Shown here: positions 1 to 9,355 of the stretch, in pieces | Layout: every line of letters begins with the position of its first letter | Numbering within the stretch: position 1 is the first letter of the stretch | Assembly: GCA_006844605.1 (NCBI GenBank) | Contig: SPJN01000004.1 | Span: forward strand, 78,635 to 142,634 | Reading direction: 5' to 3' | DNA length: 64,000 nt | Source: Hyphomicrobiales bacterium | GTDB lineage: Bacteria > Pseudomonadota > Alphaproteobacteria > SPJN01 | Made by a program: the position numbers and the translations under genes | The notes under the pieces: generated by a model | Databases searched by the model: none | Seen by the model: only the letters and a program-made list of their open reading frames with translations | Told to the model about the DNA's origin: nothing

Positions 1-421
1 CGGGGCCACCCAATCCGGCGCGCCGATGAAAACTGACGCTGCCTAATTGTGCATTGCCGATGAAGCCGCCAGCAGTGGCAAGATAGGCCCAGCCGCCCTG
101 TCGTGAAGGGGCCAGCGTCAGTCTATCCCCAGCGCGCAGTAAAAATCGGCTGGTGGGAAAGACGTCGTCGCCGTTGATCGTGGCTGTTCCCATCGGTGCG
201 CAGACGCCAATATGGCAATCTGTTTGTGCCTCACACATGACCCCCATCTGGTCCAGTTCCAGTACCGGCACCTCATCAGAATTACCGACAATGCGATTAA
301 CGGTGCTGGCAGCAAGCCAATCCATCGGTCCGGATGCTGATACGCCGTATCGCTGCCATCTCAGCCGCCCCTTGTCCTGAAGGCTGGCACCGGGGCCGAT
401 TTTGTTGAGCCGCAATGCCAT
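1..421 (-). CDS. pxpC: 5-oxoprolinase subunit C (PxpC/KipA, allophanate hydrolase subunit 2 family), N-terminal part only; gene continues beyond window start
   Basis: Minus-strand translation from ATG at 421..419 gives MALRLNKIGPGASLQDKGRLRWQRYGVSASGPMDWLAAST..., typical KipA/PxpC N-terminus; ATG overlaps the upstream pxpB stop (ATGA). Absent from the ORF track because it runs off the window edge. Confidence 0.6.
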   Translation of the reverse strand, partial: MALRLNKIGPGASLQDKGRLRWQRYGVSASGPMDWLAASTVNRIVGNSDEVPVLELDQMGVMCEAQTDCHIGVCAPMGTATINGDDVFPTSRFLLRAGDRLTLAPSRQGGWAYLATAGGFIGNAQLGSVSFHRRAGLGGP

Positions 422-1116
422 CAATCGCCTCCCGCCTGTTGTAATTTTGCGCTTTCCCACTGGGCGGCATCTATGGGGGTGAAGCTGATTGTGTCGCCGA
501 CTTGGAACGGCGTCACGGGATTTTCATCTGCATTGAAAATGGTCACGGGCGTGCGCCCAATTACGTACCAGCCGGTTGGCATTGCCACGCTGGAAATCAA
601 CGCCTGCTGCCCCCCAATCATAATGCTGCCCGCAGGCACTTCAGGGCGGGGGGTAGTGCGGCGGGGCACATGCAATGCCCTGGGCAGACCTGCAAGATAG
701 GCGCAGCCGGGCATGAAGCCGAACATGGCAATTGTGAATGTGGCGTGCTGATGCAGCGTAATCGCCTGATCAAATGCCAGGCCGCTTGCTGCTTGATACT
801 CTTCCTTGTCCAGCGCGTAGGGCAGGTCATAACAGACTGGTACGTGCCAGTGATTGCCTTGCGCGACGGTCATGACGGTCTGTGCCAGTCGGTCTTTGAC
901 ATGTTCGGTAAGGTGCAGGTGCGTGCATTGCAGGGGATCAAAATGGATCGTCAGACTGCGATAGGTTGGAACGCTTTCAATCACACCCTTGGGCGGGTTT
1001 TTTCTGATGGCGTGATCCAACGCGCTAACGGCCTGCATCAATTCAGGCGCGATCACGTCGCCAAACTCAACCGTTAGGGCGCTGTCGCCAAGCGGTAGGA
1101 AGCGCGGCCCGCTCAC
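421..1116 (-). CDS. pxpB: 5-oxoprolinase subunit B (PxpB/KipI family)
   Basis: 231-aa ORF; N-terminus MSGPRFLPLGDSALTVEFGD matches KipI/PxpB; sits between pxpA and pxpC with 4-nt overlaps. Confidence 0.7.
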   Translation of the reverse strand: MSGPRFLPLGDSALTVEFGDVIAPELMQAVSALDHAIRKNPPKGVIESVPTYRSLTIHFDPLQCTHLHLTEHVKDRLAQTVMTVAQGNHWHVPVCYDLPYALDKEEYQAASGLAFDQAITLHQHATFTIAMFGFMPGCAYLAGLPRALHVPRRTTPRPEVPAGSIMIGGQQALISSVAMPTGWYVIGRTPVTIFNADENPVTPFQVGDTISFTPIDAAQWESAKLQQAGGD

Positions 1117-1883
1117 CGCGTTGTACCATTATAAAGGGGGGAGGCAATGGTCAGCCCCGCGCGCTCCAATGCGTGCCGCAGGTCGGCGGCAATCGTTACG
1201 GCGTTCTTGGTGTCACCATGAACGCAGATTGTATCAATTTGCGCTGGAATGATGGTGCCGCTTGTTGTGATGACGGCCTTGTCACGGATCATCTGCAACA
1301 CCCGCGCCGTAATTTGCAGCGGGTCATGAATAACGGCGTTGGGCGCTGTGCGGGGTGTTAGAAATCCATCATCGCGATAGGTCCTGTCGGCAAAAATTTC
1401 GCCAATAAATTTCAGTCCAAATTTTTCAGCAGCTGCTGCCTGTCCCAACCCGGACATCCCGACCAAGGCGCGGGTGGGGCCGGTGGCGGTAACAGCCTGC
1501 GCAATGGCGTTGGCAATGGCGCTGTCTTCTTCGGCCATATTGGCCAAGGCGCCGTGAACCTTCAAAAATGGCAAGTTGATGTCATGGCGCACAGCGATGG
1601 CGTCACAGTTTGAGATTTGTTCAACCAACAGGGCGGTGATTTCAATCGGCCGCAATGGCAGGCGCGTGCGGCCAAAATTTTCCGGGTCGTTAAAGCCGGG
1701 GTGAATGCCGCACACCACCCCCTTGTCATGGGCCTGTATAATTAGGTCTTCAAACCGTTCCAAACTGCCGGCATGGGCACCGGTCGCGACATTGGCGCTT
1801 GAAACAATCGACAGCATGGCGCTGTCGGCTGTGTCCAACCCTTCGCCCATATCGCAATTCAAATCGATTGTTTTTATGGTCAT
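1113..1883 (-). CDS. pxpA: 5-oxoprolinase subunit A (LamB/YcsF family)
   Basis: MTIKTIDLNCDMGEG... LamB/YcsF signature. Start set to the internal ATG at 1883, which matches the family N-terminus; the longer track ORF extends further upstream. Confidence 0.8.
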   Translation of the reverse strand: MTIKTIDLNCDMGEGLDTADSAMLSIVSSANVATGAHAGSLERFEDLIIQAHDKGVVCGIHPGFNDPENFGRTRLPLRPIEITALLVEQISNCDAIAVRHDINLPFLKVHGALANMAEEDSAIANAIAQAVTATGPTRALVGMSGLGQAAAAEKFGLKFIGEIFADRTYRDDGFLTPRTAPNAVIHDPLQITARVLQMIRDKAVITTSGTIIPAQIDTICVHGDTKNAVTIAADLRHALERAGLTIASPLYNGTTR

Positions 1884-1893
1884 GGTCTGTCGA

Positions 1894-2892
1894 TTATGCC
1901 CGATCCTGTCGCCTGACATTATAGGCACGCCAGCGGTCATGCAGCCAGAACCATTGTGACGGGCGCGCCCGGACCTGCGCTTCGAGCCAATCGTTCATGT
2001 CCTGTGTATAGGTGCGGATGCGTACCTTATCGTCGTCGCCTTGGGGGGCGGGCAGGGGATCATGCACGGTGATCGCGAATTTATAGCTATCTTCGCGGGT
2101 AATCGAAACCGGCAACACAGGCACATCCAATTTCAGCGACAGTTGCAAAACGGTGTGGGCGGTAAACGCGGTATGCCCAAAAAATTTCAGGGGCAGGCCC
2201 TCGCGCATTTTTTGATCAGCAAGCAGGGCAACAATGCCGCCCTGTTTCAAGTGACGTAAAAGCGGGCGGCCCGCCTGCGGCCCCTTTGGGATTTGTAATG
2301 CGGGGGGTGCCCCGGCATCCCTTAAACGATGGACAAATTGATCTATCAGGGGGTTGTTGGGCGCGCGATATATCTCAGCCAGCCTGTCACGATAGGGGCC
2401 AATGGCAAGTGGCAACACTTCCCAATTGGCGAAGTGGCCGGAAATCAGAATGACGCCCTTGCCGGCTGCTTGCGCCTGTTCGAGCCTTTCAAACCCGTTA
2501 ATGGTAATCAGGTCTGACTTCTGGTCGGCAGCATCCAAACTATACTTGTCAAGATGGGCATATTCTGCGGCGGTGCGCCCCAGATTGTCCCACATGCCCC
2601 GTATAATGAGCTGACGTTCAGCTTCGCCCAGTTCCGGCATGGCGCGTTCAAGATTGCGAGCGGCGCGTTTGGTGACGCCAAGGCGAGGGCCGATGCTGTG
2701 GGCAATCCAGCCGCCGAATGCGGACCCTGCCTTGAGGCCTACTATTCTGAAAACCCCCAGCAAAAAGCGCGCGCCAATATATTCCAGCCAATCTTTCAGG
2801 CGTGGTTTGGGCGCTTCTGCGGTTTTTTCAGTCTTGGTAGTCGTGCGATCAGTCAATGCGAATTCCCTGCCAATCGACCATGATTCGACCAT
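1894..2892 (-). CDS. Lipid A biosynthesis lauroyl/myristoyl acyltransferase family protein (LpxL/HtrB-like)
   Basis: ISGHFANWEV (H-x4-E acyltransferase motif), family-length match, C-terminal WFWLHDRW. The first 73 codons of the track ORF are Cys/His-rich junk that would leave no promoter space before argC, so the start was moved to the ATG at 2892; no clear SD, start uncertain. Confidence 0.55.
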   Translation of the reverse strand: MVESWSIGREFALTDRTTTKTEKTAEAPKPRLKDWLEYIGARFLLGVFRIVGLKAGSAFGGWIAHSIGPRLGVTKRAARNLERAMPELGEAERQLIIRGMWDNLGRTAAEYAHLDKYSLDAADQKSDLITINGFERLEQAQAAGKGVILISGHFANWEVLPLAIGPYRDRLAEIYRAPNNPLIDQFVHRLRDAGAPPALQIPKGPQAGRPLLRHLKQGGIVALLADQKMREGLPLKFFGHTAFTAHTVLQLSLKLDVPVLPVSITREDSYKFAITVHDPLPAPQGDDDKVRIRTYTQDMNDWLEAQVRARPSQWFWLHDRWRAYNVRRQDRA

Positions 2893-3024
2893 CCACTGTG
2901 TCAAGCAGGGCACAATATGGCAACAGACAAAACCGCACGGTGGCTTGCAAGTAATTGCGCGTTTCACTGTAATGATGTAAGGCTCCGGTCCCGTATAATG
3001 CACATAAAAGGACGAAAGACGGAC

Positions 3025-4059
3025 ATGACAAGCGCAGCAAATATTCTGATTCTCGGTGCCAGTGGCTATACCGGGGCAGAAGCCGTGCGCCTTCTGTCCG
3101 CGCATCCGCATATTCGCATCGGTGGACTAACCGCTGACAGACGGGCAGGGGAAAGCATGGGCGCGGTCTTTCCGCAGCTTGCCCATCTTGATCTGCCGGT
3201 TTTGCAATCAATCGACGATGTTAAGTTTGAAGATTATGACGGCGTGATTTGCGGCCTGCCACATGCCACGACACAACAGGTGTTGGCCAATGTGCCCAGC
3301 ACAGTAAAGGTTGCAGACCTGTCTGCTGATTTCCGGCTGCGCGATCCTGCGACCTATGAAAAATGGTATGGCCATCCCCATCAGGCGTTGGAGCGTCAGG
3401 GGGAGGCTGTTTACGGGCTGACTGAGTTTTACCGGGACGATATCAAAGGCGCCTCGTTGGTTGCCTGCGCAGGCTGTTATCCGACCAGCGCATTATTGCC
3501 GCTGGTTCCCCTTCTTGAGCAGAAGTTGATCGATACCGACCCGATTGTCATCGATTCCAAATCCGGTGTGACCGGGGCCGGGCGCGGTGTTGCCGAAGGT
3601 AAGCTTTATTGCGAAGTGTCAGATGGTTTCCACGCCTATGGTGTGGCGTGGCATCGGCATGGCCCTGAAATTGATCAGGAGTTGAGCGTGGCCGCAGACG
3701 CTGATGTGGTGGTGACGTTTACGCCCCATTTGGTGCCGATGAACCGGGGTATGCTTTCAACCATCTATGTCCGGGGCGAGGCGGATGTCTGCCATAAAGC
3801 GTTGACGGAACGGTTTGCAGATGAGGCATTCGTGCAGGTTTTACCGTTCGGGCAGATGCCCCAAACGCGGCATGTCCGTGGCTCGAACCTGGCAGTGATC
3901 GGTGTGGTGGCTGATCGGCATTCGGGCCGGTCTATTGTCATTAGTGCCATTGATAATCTGGTTAAGGGCGCATCAGGGCAGGGTGTTCAAAACCTGAACT
4001 TGATGTTGGGCTTTGACGAAACGGCTGGGCTGGATCGGTTTCAACCGGTGTTTCCATAG
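3025..4059 (+). CDS. argC: N-acetyl-gamma-glutamyl-phosphate reductase
   Basis: ILILGASGYTGAEAVRLL Rossmann N-terminus and catalytic Cys region (ACAGCYPTSALL); AAAGGA RBS before the ATG at 3025. The upstream part of the track ORF (2917..3024) has no homology. Confidence 0.85.
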   Translation: MTSAANILILGASGYTGAEAVRLLSAHPHIRIGGLTADRRAGESMGAVFPQLAHLDLPVLQSIDDVKFEDYDGVICGLPHATTQQVLANVPSTVKVADLSADFRLRDPATYEKWYGHPHQALERQGEAVYGLTEFYRDDIKGASLVACAGCYPTSALLPLVPLLEQKLIDTDPIVIDSKSGVTGAGRGVAEGKLYCEVSDGFHAYGVAWHRHGPEIDQELSVAADADVVVTFTPHLVPMNRGMLSTIYVRGEADVCHKALTERFADEAFVQVLPFGQMPQTRHVRGSNLAVIGVVADRHSGRSIVISAIDNLVKGASGQGVQNLNLMLGFDETAGLDRFQPVFP

Positions 4060-4209
4060 GCGAAAAAGCCGATCCGTGTCAGCGGATTGGTTATTTTGCC
4101 GAAAATTCACGCTAATCACCTTGTTTGATTGACCAAATCGGGGCAAATTGGGCAAAAGATCGGGGTGCCGATCATGGCTATTGCGAATTAGGATTGAGGG
4201 GATTCAATC

Positions 4210-5505
4210 ATGGCAAAGGGCGAACAAAATATGGACCGTGGGGCGATTATGACCAAATCAAAAACCATGCTTGGCGTTAGTGTATTGGCGTTGGCGCTGT
4301 CAGCTTGCGGCGGCGATGACCAAACCGCTGCATCATCATCAACCGGGTCTGATGGCCTGTGGACATGGTCAAGCCCGGATGCATGGTATGAAACCGGTGG
4401 ACAACCGGCCAGCGCACCTGCGCCTGCGCAGCCCCAGCAGGCATCTGCGCCGACAGCATCTGCCCAAACCGGCGCATCGGCCCAGATGACCACCCAAACC
4501 TATGAGGTTGAGGAAATTGATCCCGTCACGGGTCGCGTATCGCGCCGTACAGTAACGGAAACTGTGCCGGTATCGGGCTCTGCTATGCAGGGGGCAGGTG
4601 GCGCATCAGTGTCAGCATCCGTCGCAGCGCCGACAGTCAGTGCGTCAACCGGTGGTACGGTTATTCCTGCGGGTAAGTTGCCGTCCAGCGGTTTTGGTGC
4701 TGCTGATACGCGCAATGCAAATTATTCAGGGTCAGTTCGCGGTAGTATGAGCGGTTCTGTTGCCGGCGCGCCTGCAGCTGCACCGACAGTAACCGTTGAT
4801 GCAGCCCCGGTGGCCATGCCCGAACCGGTTGCCGCGCCGCGTGTTTCATCACCGTCAACATCGCCTGACGTGCTTTTGCCGTCTGACATGACGGGTGGGG
4901 CGTCGTCACGCCAAGGGCCGTTGGTAACCTCGCCTGCGGTTGCAGCCTCCGGCCGCACCGTTGGCAGCTTTGATCGTGACTATCTTGATCTGGAAAACGG
5001 CTCAACCCAGCGTTTCACGCGTGAGCCGGGCATGACAGTGTCAGAACGTATGGTGGAACTGGAAACAGAAGTTGTCATGGATTATGACGCTCGCTGGTCC
5101 GATCTTGAGTTTGATGGCGGTGCCATGCGCCAACAGCAGCAACAGGCAATGGCAGGCCCGCAGGCAACCATGCCCTATATGGGTGGCCAGTCAGCGGCTG
5201 CGACCGCACTGTCTTCGACCATTCCGTTTGCGGCAGGTTCTGTGAATCTGTCCACAACAGACCGTCGCCGGATTTTGGAAGCGGTTGTTGCCCAACAGTC
5301 GCGCGGTGGCGTGATTGAGGTTGTTGGCCATGCAGCAGCACCTTCAGTTGACCGTTCTGGGGCGATTTCGGGTTATGACCTTGCCTTGGCGCGCGCGAAC
5401 AAGGTGGGTAAGGCGATGGTTGATGCCGGTGTGCCTGCAAGTGCCGTTCGTCTGCTGGTAATGGGAACAACAGGTCAGGCCAAGGTTGATATCGTCCTGC
5501 GTTAA
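4210..5505 (+). CDS. Lipoprotein with a low-complexity Ala/Ser/Pro/Gln linker and a C-terminal OmpA-like peptidoglycan-binding domain
   Basis: Lipobox LALALSAC after a hydrophobic core; C-terminal ~90 aa follow the OmpA_C pattern (VIEVVGHA...DLALARANKVGKAMVDAGVPASAVRL...VDIVL). GAGGGG SD sits 9 nt before the ATG at 4210; alternative start 4249. Confidence 0.5.
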   Translation: MAKGEQNMDRGAIMTKSKTMLGVSVLALALSACGGDDQTAASSSTGSDGLWTWSSPDAWYETGGQPASAPAPAQPQQASAPTASAQTGASAQMTTQTYEVEEIDPVTGRVSRRTVTETVPVSGSAMQGAGGASVSASVAAPTVSASTGGTVIPAGKLPSSGFGAADTRNANYSGSVRGSMSGSVAGAPAAAPTVTVDAAPVAMPEPVAAPRVSSPSTSPDVLLPSDMTGGASSRQGPLVTSPAVAASGRTVGSFDRDYLDLENGSTQRFTREPGMTVSERMVELETEVVMDYDARWSDLEFDGGAMRQQQQQAMAGPQATMPYMGGQSAAATALSSTIPFAAGSVNLSTTDRRRILEAVVAQQSRGGVIEVVGHAAAPSVDRSGAISGYDLALARANKVGKAMVDAGVPASAVRLLVMGTTGQAKVDIVLR

Positions 5506-5514
5506 GGTATAGCG

Positions 5515-5572
5515 GCGGGGCAGGCCGCGACGCGGCGTCGCTCTCCCCGCTGGCTGAACGGCGTCGTTTTTG
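5515..5572 (+). terminator. Nested GC hairpins followed by a T-run downstream of the lipoprotein gene
   Basis: GCGGGG...CGACGC g GCGTCG...CCCCGC, then AACG-GCGT-CGTTttt. Confidence 0.35.
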
Positions 5573-5731
5573 CCTTACAATTGCCCCGTTCCCCATTGTA
5601 TAAGCAGCTTTCTATTCAGGGTATTGCGGTGGCGTGATGTTGCGCGCCTCGTTATGGCCCGTTTTTCACCGGCCTGACCTTCTGTTGAAGCGCAGGCTTG
5701 TCATTGTGTCGAAGTACCGGAATGCGAAGCT

Positions 5732-6958
5732 ATGTCTGAGGAGTTTCATCGCATCAAGCGATTGCCGCCCTATGTGTTTGAGGAAGTCAACAAACTCAAG
5801 GCGCAGGCGCGAGCGGACGGTCGTGACATCATTGACTTCGGCATGGGCAATCCAGATTCGCCCACCCCGCAGCATATTGTCGATAAGCTGGTGGAGACGG
5901 TAAACAACCCCAAAACGCACCGCTATTCAACATCACGCGGTATTCCGGGGCTGCGTCGTGCGCAGGCCAGCTATTACGAACGTCGCTTTGGCGTCAAGCT
6001 GGACCCAGATACTGAAATTGTGGCGACCCTTGGCTCAAAAGAAGGGCTGGCAAATCTTGCGCAGGCTATCACAACGCCCGGCGATGTGATCCTGACGCCG
6101 AACCCGTCTTACCCGATCCACCCTTATGGTTTTATCATCGCCGGTGCCGTTGCGCGCCATTTGCCGACAGGGCCGGATCACGACTATTTTGAATCGCTCG
6201 ATCGGGCCATGCGCCATTGCCATCCCGCGCCGTCTGCGTTGGTCGTCAATTTCCCGTCAAATCCGACGGCACAGGTGGTTGACCTTGATTTCTATAAGGA
6301 ACTGGTTGCCTATGCGAAAAAGCGTGACTTGATCCTGTTATCTGACCTTGCCTATGCGGAGGTCTATTTTGACGACAATCCGCCGCCGTCAATACTTGAG
6401 GTTGAGGGCGCGCGCGATATTGCTGTCGAATTTACTTCAATGTCCAAAACCTATTCCATGCCCGGTTGGCGTGTTGGTTTTGCCGTAGGGAACAAGCAGT
6501 TGGTCGGGGCACTGACGCGCATCAAGTCCTATCTGGATTATGGGGCATTTACCCCCATTCAGGTGGCTGCTGCCGCCGCATTGAATGGTCCGCAGGACTG
6601 TGTTGATGACATGCGCGCGCTGTATAAAAACCGCCGTGATGTGTTGGTTGAAACAATCGGCCGTGCCGGGTGGGATATTCCCAGCCCGCCTGCCACCATG
6701 TTCGCGTGGGCACCGATCCCGGAACCCTTCCGCCAGCTTGGTAGTCTTGAATTTTCCAAATTGGTCCTGCGGGAAGCTGACGTGGCTGTATCACCGGGCA
6801 TTGGCTTTGGCGAATATGGTGATGGCTATGTCCGTATTGCGTTGGTCGAGAATGAGCAGCGGATCAGGCAGGCTGCCCGCAACCTTAAGAAATTGTTTTC
6901 AAATGCCTCTGACCTTGTTGCCGAGGTTGAGGCTGAACTTGGCCGAAAACCCGCCTGA
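5732..6958 (+). CDS. Class I/II PLP-dependent aminotransferase (AlaC/LL-DAP aminotransferase-like)
   Basis: GMGNPDSPTP...RYSTSRGIPGLR...SMSKTYSMPGWRVGF (PLP-lysine region); conserved position upstream of hom. Confidence 0.7.
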   Translation: MSEEFHRIKRLPPYVFEEVNKLKAQARADGRDIIDFGMGNPDSPTPQHIVDKLVETVNNPKTHRYSTSRGIPGLRRAQASYYERRFGVKLDPDTEIVATLGSKEGLANLAQAITTPGDVILTPNPSYPIHPYGFIIAGAVARHLPTGPDHDYFESLDRAMRHCHPAPSALVVNFPSNPTAQVVDLDFYKELVAYAKKRDLILLSDLAYAEVYFDDNPPPSILEVEGARDIAVEFTSMSKTYSMPGWRVGFAVGNKQLVGALTRIKSYLDYGAFTPIQVAAAAALNGPQDCVDDMRALYKNRRDVLVETIGRAGWDIPSPPATMFAWAPIPEPFRQLGSLEFSKLVLREADVAVSPGIGFGEYGDGYVRIALVENEQRIRQAARNLKKLFSNASDLVAEVEAELGRKPA

Positions 6959-6993
6959 TTACAGGCCCTGACACCTTAGGAACGACGACCCCC

Positions 6994-8310
6994 ATGACTG
7001 AACAGGATCACAAGCCCTTGCGTCTTGCCATTGCCGGATTGGGGACTGTCGGTGTCGGCGTTCTGAAAATCCTCCAAAAGAATGGCGAATTGATTGCTGC
7101 CCGGACAGGGCGCGCTGTCGAAGTGACAGCGGTTTCCGCACGGTCCCGTGACAAGGATCGCGGCGTCGATCTTTCTGCTGTTGCGTGGGAAGATGACCCC
7201 GTTGCGCTCGCCGCGCGGGATGATGTTGATGTCGTGCTTGAACTTATCGGCGGCTCAGACGGTGCTGCCAAGTCCTTGGTCGAGCAGGCGCTAAACAACA
7301 AAAAGCATGTTGTAACGGCGAACAAGGCCCTGATTGCCCATCATGGGGCGGGATTGGCCGATATTGCTGTTGCGAAGGGGGTTGCCCTGAATTTTGAAGC
7401 AGCGGTCGCTGGCGGTATTCCCATTGTGAAGGCGTTGAAGGAAAGCCTGCAGGCCAATGACTATGGCCGGGTTTACGGTATTTTGAACGGCACCTGTAAC
7501 TATATCCTGACCGAGATGGAAGAAACCGGGCGTGATTTTGCTGATGTACTGAAGGATGCGCAGGCGCTGGGCTATGCCGAGGCTGACCCCAGTTTTGACG
7601 TTGGCGGTATTGATGCGGCCCATAAGCTGGCGATATTGGCCGGACTGGCATTTGGCTATGACATCGATTTTGATGCCGTGCAGGTTGATGGGGTTGAGCA
7701 GATTACAGCGAACGATATTAATCTTTCAAAATCATTGGGTTACAGGATCAAGTTAATCGGGTCTACCAGCCTGATTGACGGCGCGTTGGCGCAGGAAGTT
7801 GGCCCCATGCTGGTGCCGCACGGCACGCCGATCTCAGACGTTTCGGGCGTTTTCAACGCCGTGGCGGTTGAGGGTGATTTTATCAATCAATGCTTCTTTG
7901 AAGGTCCCGGCGCGGGAGAGGGGCCGACAGCCTCGGCCGTGATGGGGGATGTGATTGATATTGCCCGTGGGCTTGTCACGCCGCCCTTGGGGCTGGTTGG
8001 TGGTGGCCGTGGGCCGGCAAAAGTTGCCGATAAAGACGCGCATATCGGGGCGTTTTACGTCCATTTGATGCTGCGGGATGAACCCGGCGGCATGGCTGCT
8101 GTTACCAATATATTCTCTGATCACGACATTTCCATTGCCAGCATGTTGCAAAGCGAGCGGGCGGAAATTGCGGGCGATCCTGTGCCTGTCGTTCTGATCA
8201 CACATGAAACCACCGCAGCGCGCCTGAATGTGGCTATTTCAGCCATTTCCGGGTTGAAGGCAAATGCTGCACTGCCGCGTGTTCTACCGATTGCAACATT
8301 CGGTGAATAA
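6994..8310 (+). CDS. hom: Homoserine dehydrogenase
   Basis: LRLAIAGLGTVGVGV NAD-binding N-terminus, catalytic domain, and a C-terminal ACT-like domain; 438 aa. Confidence 0.85.
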   Translation: MTEQDHKPLRLAIAGLGTVGVGVLKILQKNGELIAARTGRAVEVTAVSARSRDKDRGVDLSAVAWEDDPVALAARDDVDVVLELIGGSDGAAKSLVEQALNNKKHVVTANKALIAHHGAGLADIAVAKGVALNFEAAVAGGIPIVKALKESLQANDYGRVYGILNGTCNYILTEMEETGRDFADVLKDAQALGYAEADPSFDVGGIDAAHKLAILAGLAFGYDIDFDAVQVDGVEQITANDINLSKSLGYRIKLIGSTSLIDGALAQEVGPMLVPHGTPISDVSGVFNAVAVEGDFINQCFFEGPGAGEGPTASAVMGDVIDIARGLVTPPLGLVGGGRGPAKVADKDAHIGAFYVHLMLRDEPGGMAAVTNIFSDHDISIASMLQSERAEIAGDPVPVVLITHETTAARLNVAISAISGLKANAALPRVLPIATFGE

Positions 8311-8377
8311 GGTAGAAAGATAATCAAATTGGGGTGAGCGAATCGCCCTTTATTCGAATTTTGGAAAGGAAAGCCGC

Positions 8378-9355
8378 ATGACGCAAACAGGCAGTCAGGG
8401 TATGGGCCGGATGTTGGTAATGGAACTGGCGCGCGTAACGGAGGCTGCAGCTGTTGCTGCATCTCACCTGATTGGGCAAGGCGACGAAAAAGCAGCCGAT
8501 CAGGCCGCTGTTGACGCCATGCGCACCGCGCTGAACGATCTTGATATTCAGGGCCGCGTTGTTATCGGCGAGGGCGAGCGTGACGAAGCCCCCATGCTGT
8601 ATATCGGTGAAGAAGTTGGCACCGGCAATGGCCCCGCAATCGACATTGCGCTGGACCCGTTGGAAGGGACCACCATCACCGCCAAGGCCATGCCCAATTC
8701 ATTGGCCGTGGTGGCCTTTGCGGAAAAAGGCAATTTCCTTTATTCACCTGACGTCTATATGGACAAAATCGCCGTTGGTGGTGGTTTGCCCGAAGGTGTG
8801 ATTGATCTGGATAAAAGCCCGGCTGAAAATGCCCAGGCCATCGCGGATGCCAAGGGCGTGCCGGTGAACCGCATTACTGCCTGTGTGCTGGATCGTCCTC
8901 GCCATGCTGACATCATCGCGTCTTTGCGCGAAGTTGGCGTGCGCGTGAAGCTGATCGGTGATGGCGATGTTGCCGGCGTGATCGACACAACCAACCCCGA
9001 CACAGGCGTTGATATGTATATCGGTCAGGGCGGTGCCCCTGAAGGTGTGCTTGCCGCTGCTGCATTGCGCTGCATTGGTGGACAGATGCAGGCCCGCTTG
9101 GTGTTCCGTAATGACGATGAAAAAGGCCGCGCCACCCGCATTGGTATCGAAGACCTTGATCGTAAATATGATCTGATGGATCTGGCCAGCGGTGACGTGA
9201 TGTTTGCCGCAACAGGCGTGACCCAAGGATCAATGCTGAACGGCATTCGCCGCAACGCGGACGGCTCTGTCGAGACGCACACAATTGTGATGCGCTCCTC
9301 CTCTGGTACGGTGCGGGAAATCAGCGCCCGTCATACAGATGAAAGCAAGTTCTAG
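8378..9355 (+). CDS. glpX: Fructose-1,6-bisphosphatase class II
   Basis: LVMELARVTEAAAVAASHLIGQGDEKAADQAAVDAMR... GlpX signature; GGAAAGG RBS. Confidence 0.85.
   Translation: MTQTGSQGMGRMLVMELARVTEAAAVAASHLIGQGDEKAADQAAVDAMRTALNDLDIQGRVVIGEGERDEAPMLYIGEEVGTGNGPAIDIALDPLEGTTITAKAMPNSLAVVAFAEKGNFLYSPDVYMDKIAVGGGLPEGVIDLDKSPAENAQAIADAKGVPVNRITACVLDRPRHADIIASLREVGVRVKLIGDGDVAGVIDTTNPDTGVDMYIGQGGAPEGVLAAAALRCIGGQMQARLVFRNDDEKGRATRIGIEDLDRKYDLMDLASGDVMFAATGVTQGSMLNGIRRNADGSVETHTIVMRSSSGTVREISARHTDESKF

Noticed and set aside
2893-3111. Upstream extensions of the LpxL-like (to 3111) and argC (from 2917) track ORFs that overlap each other.
   Set aside because: The extensions are Cys/His- or Arg-rich with no homology. 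Internal ATGs give family-typical N-termini and leave a 132-bp divergent promoter region.
4210-4249. Alternative later start (4249, MTKSKTM...) for the OmpA-like lipoprotein.
   Set aside because: A GAGGGG SD 9 nt upstream of the ATG at 4210 favours the longer form. Either way the lipobox and mature protein are unchanged. Kept as uncertainty.
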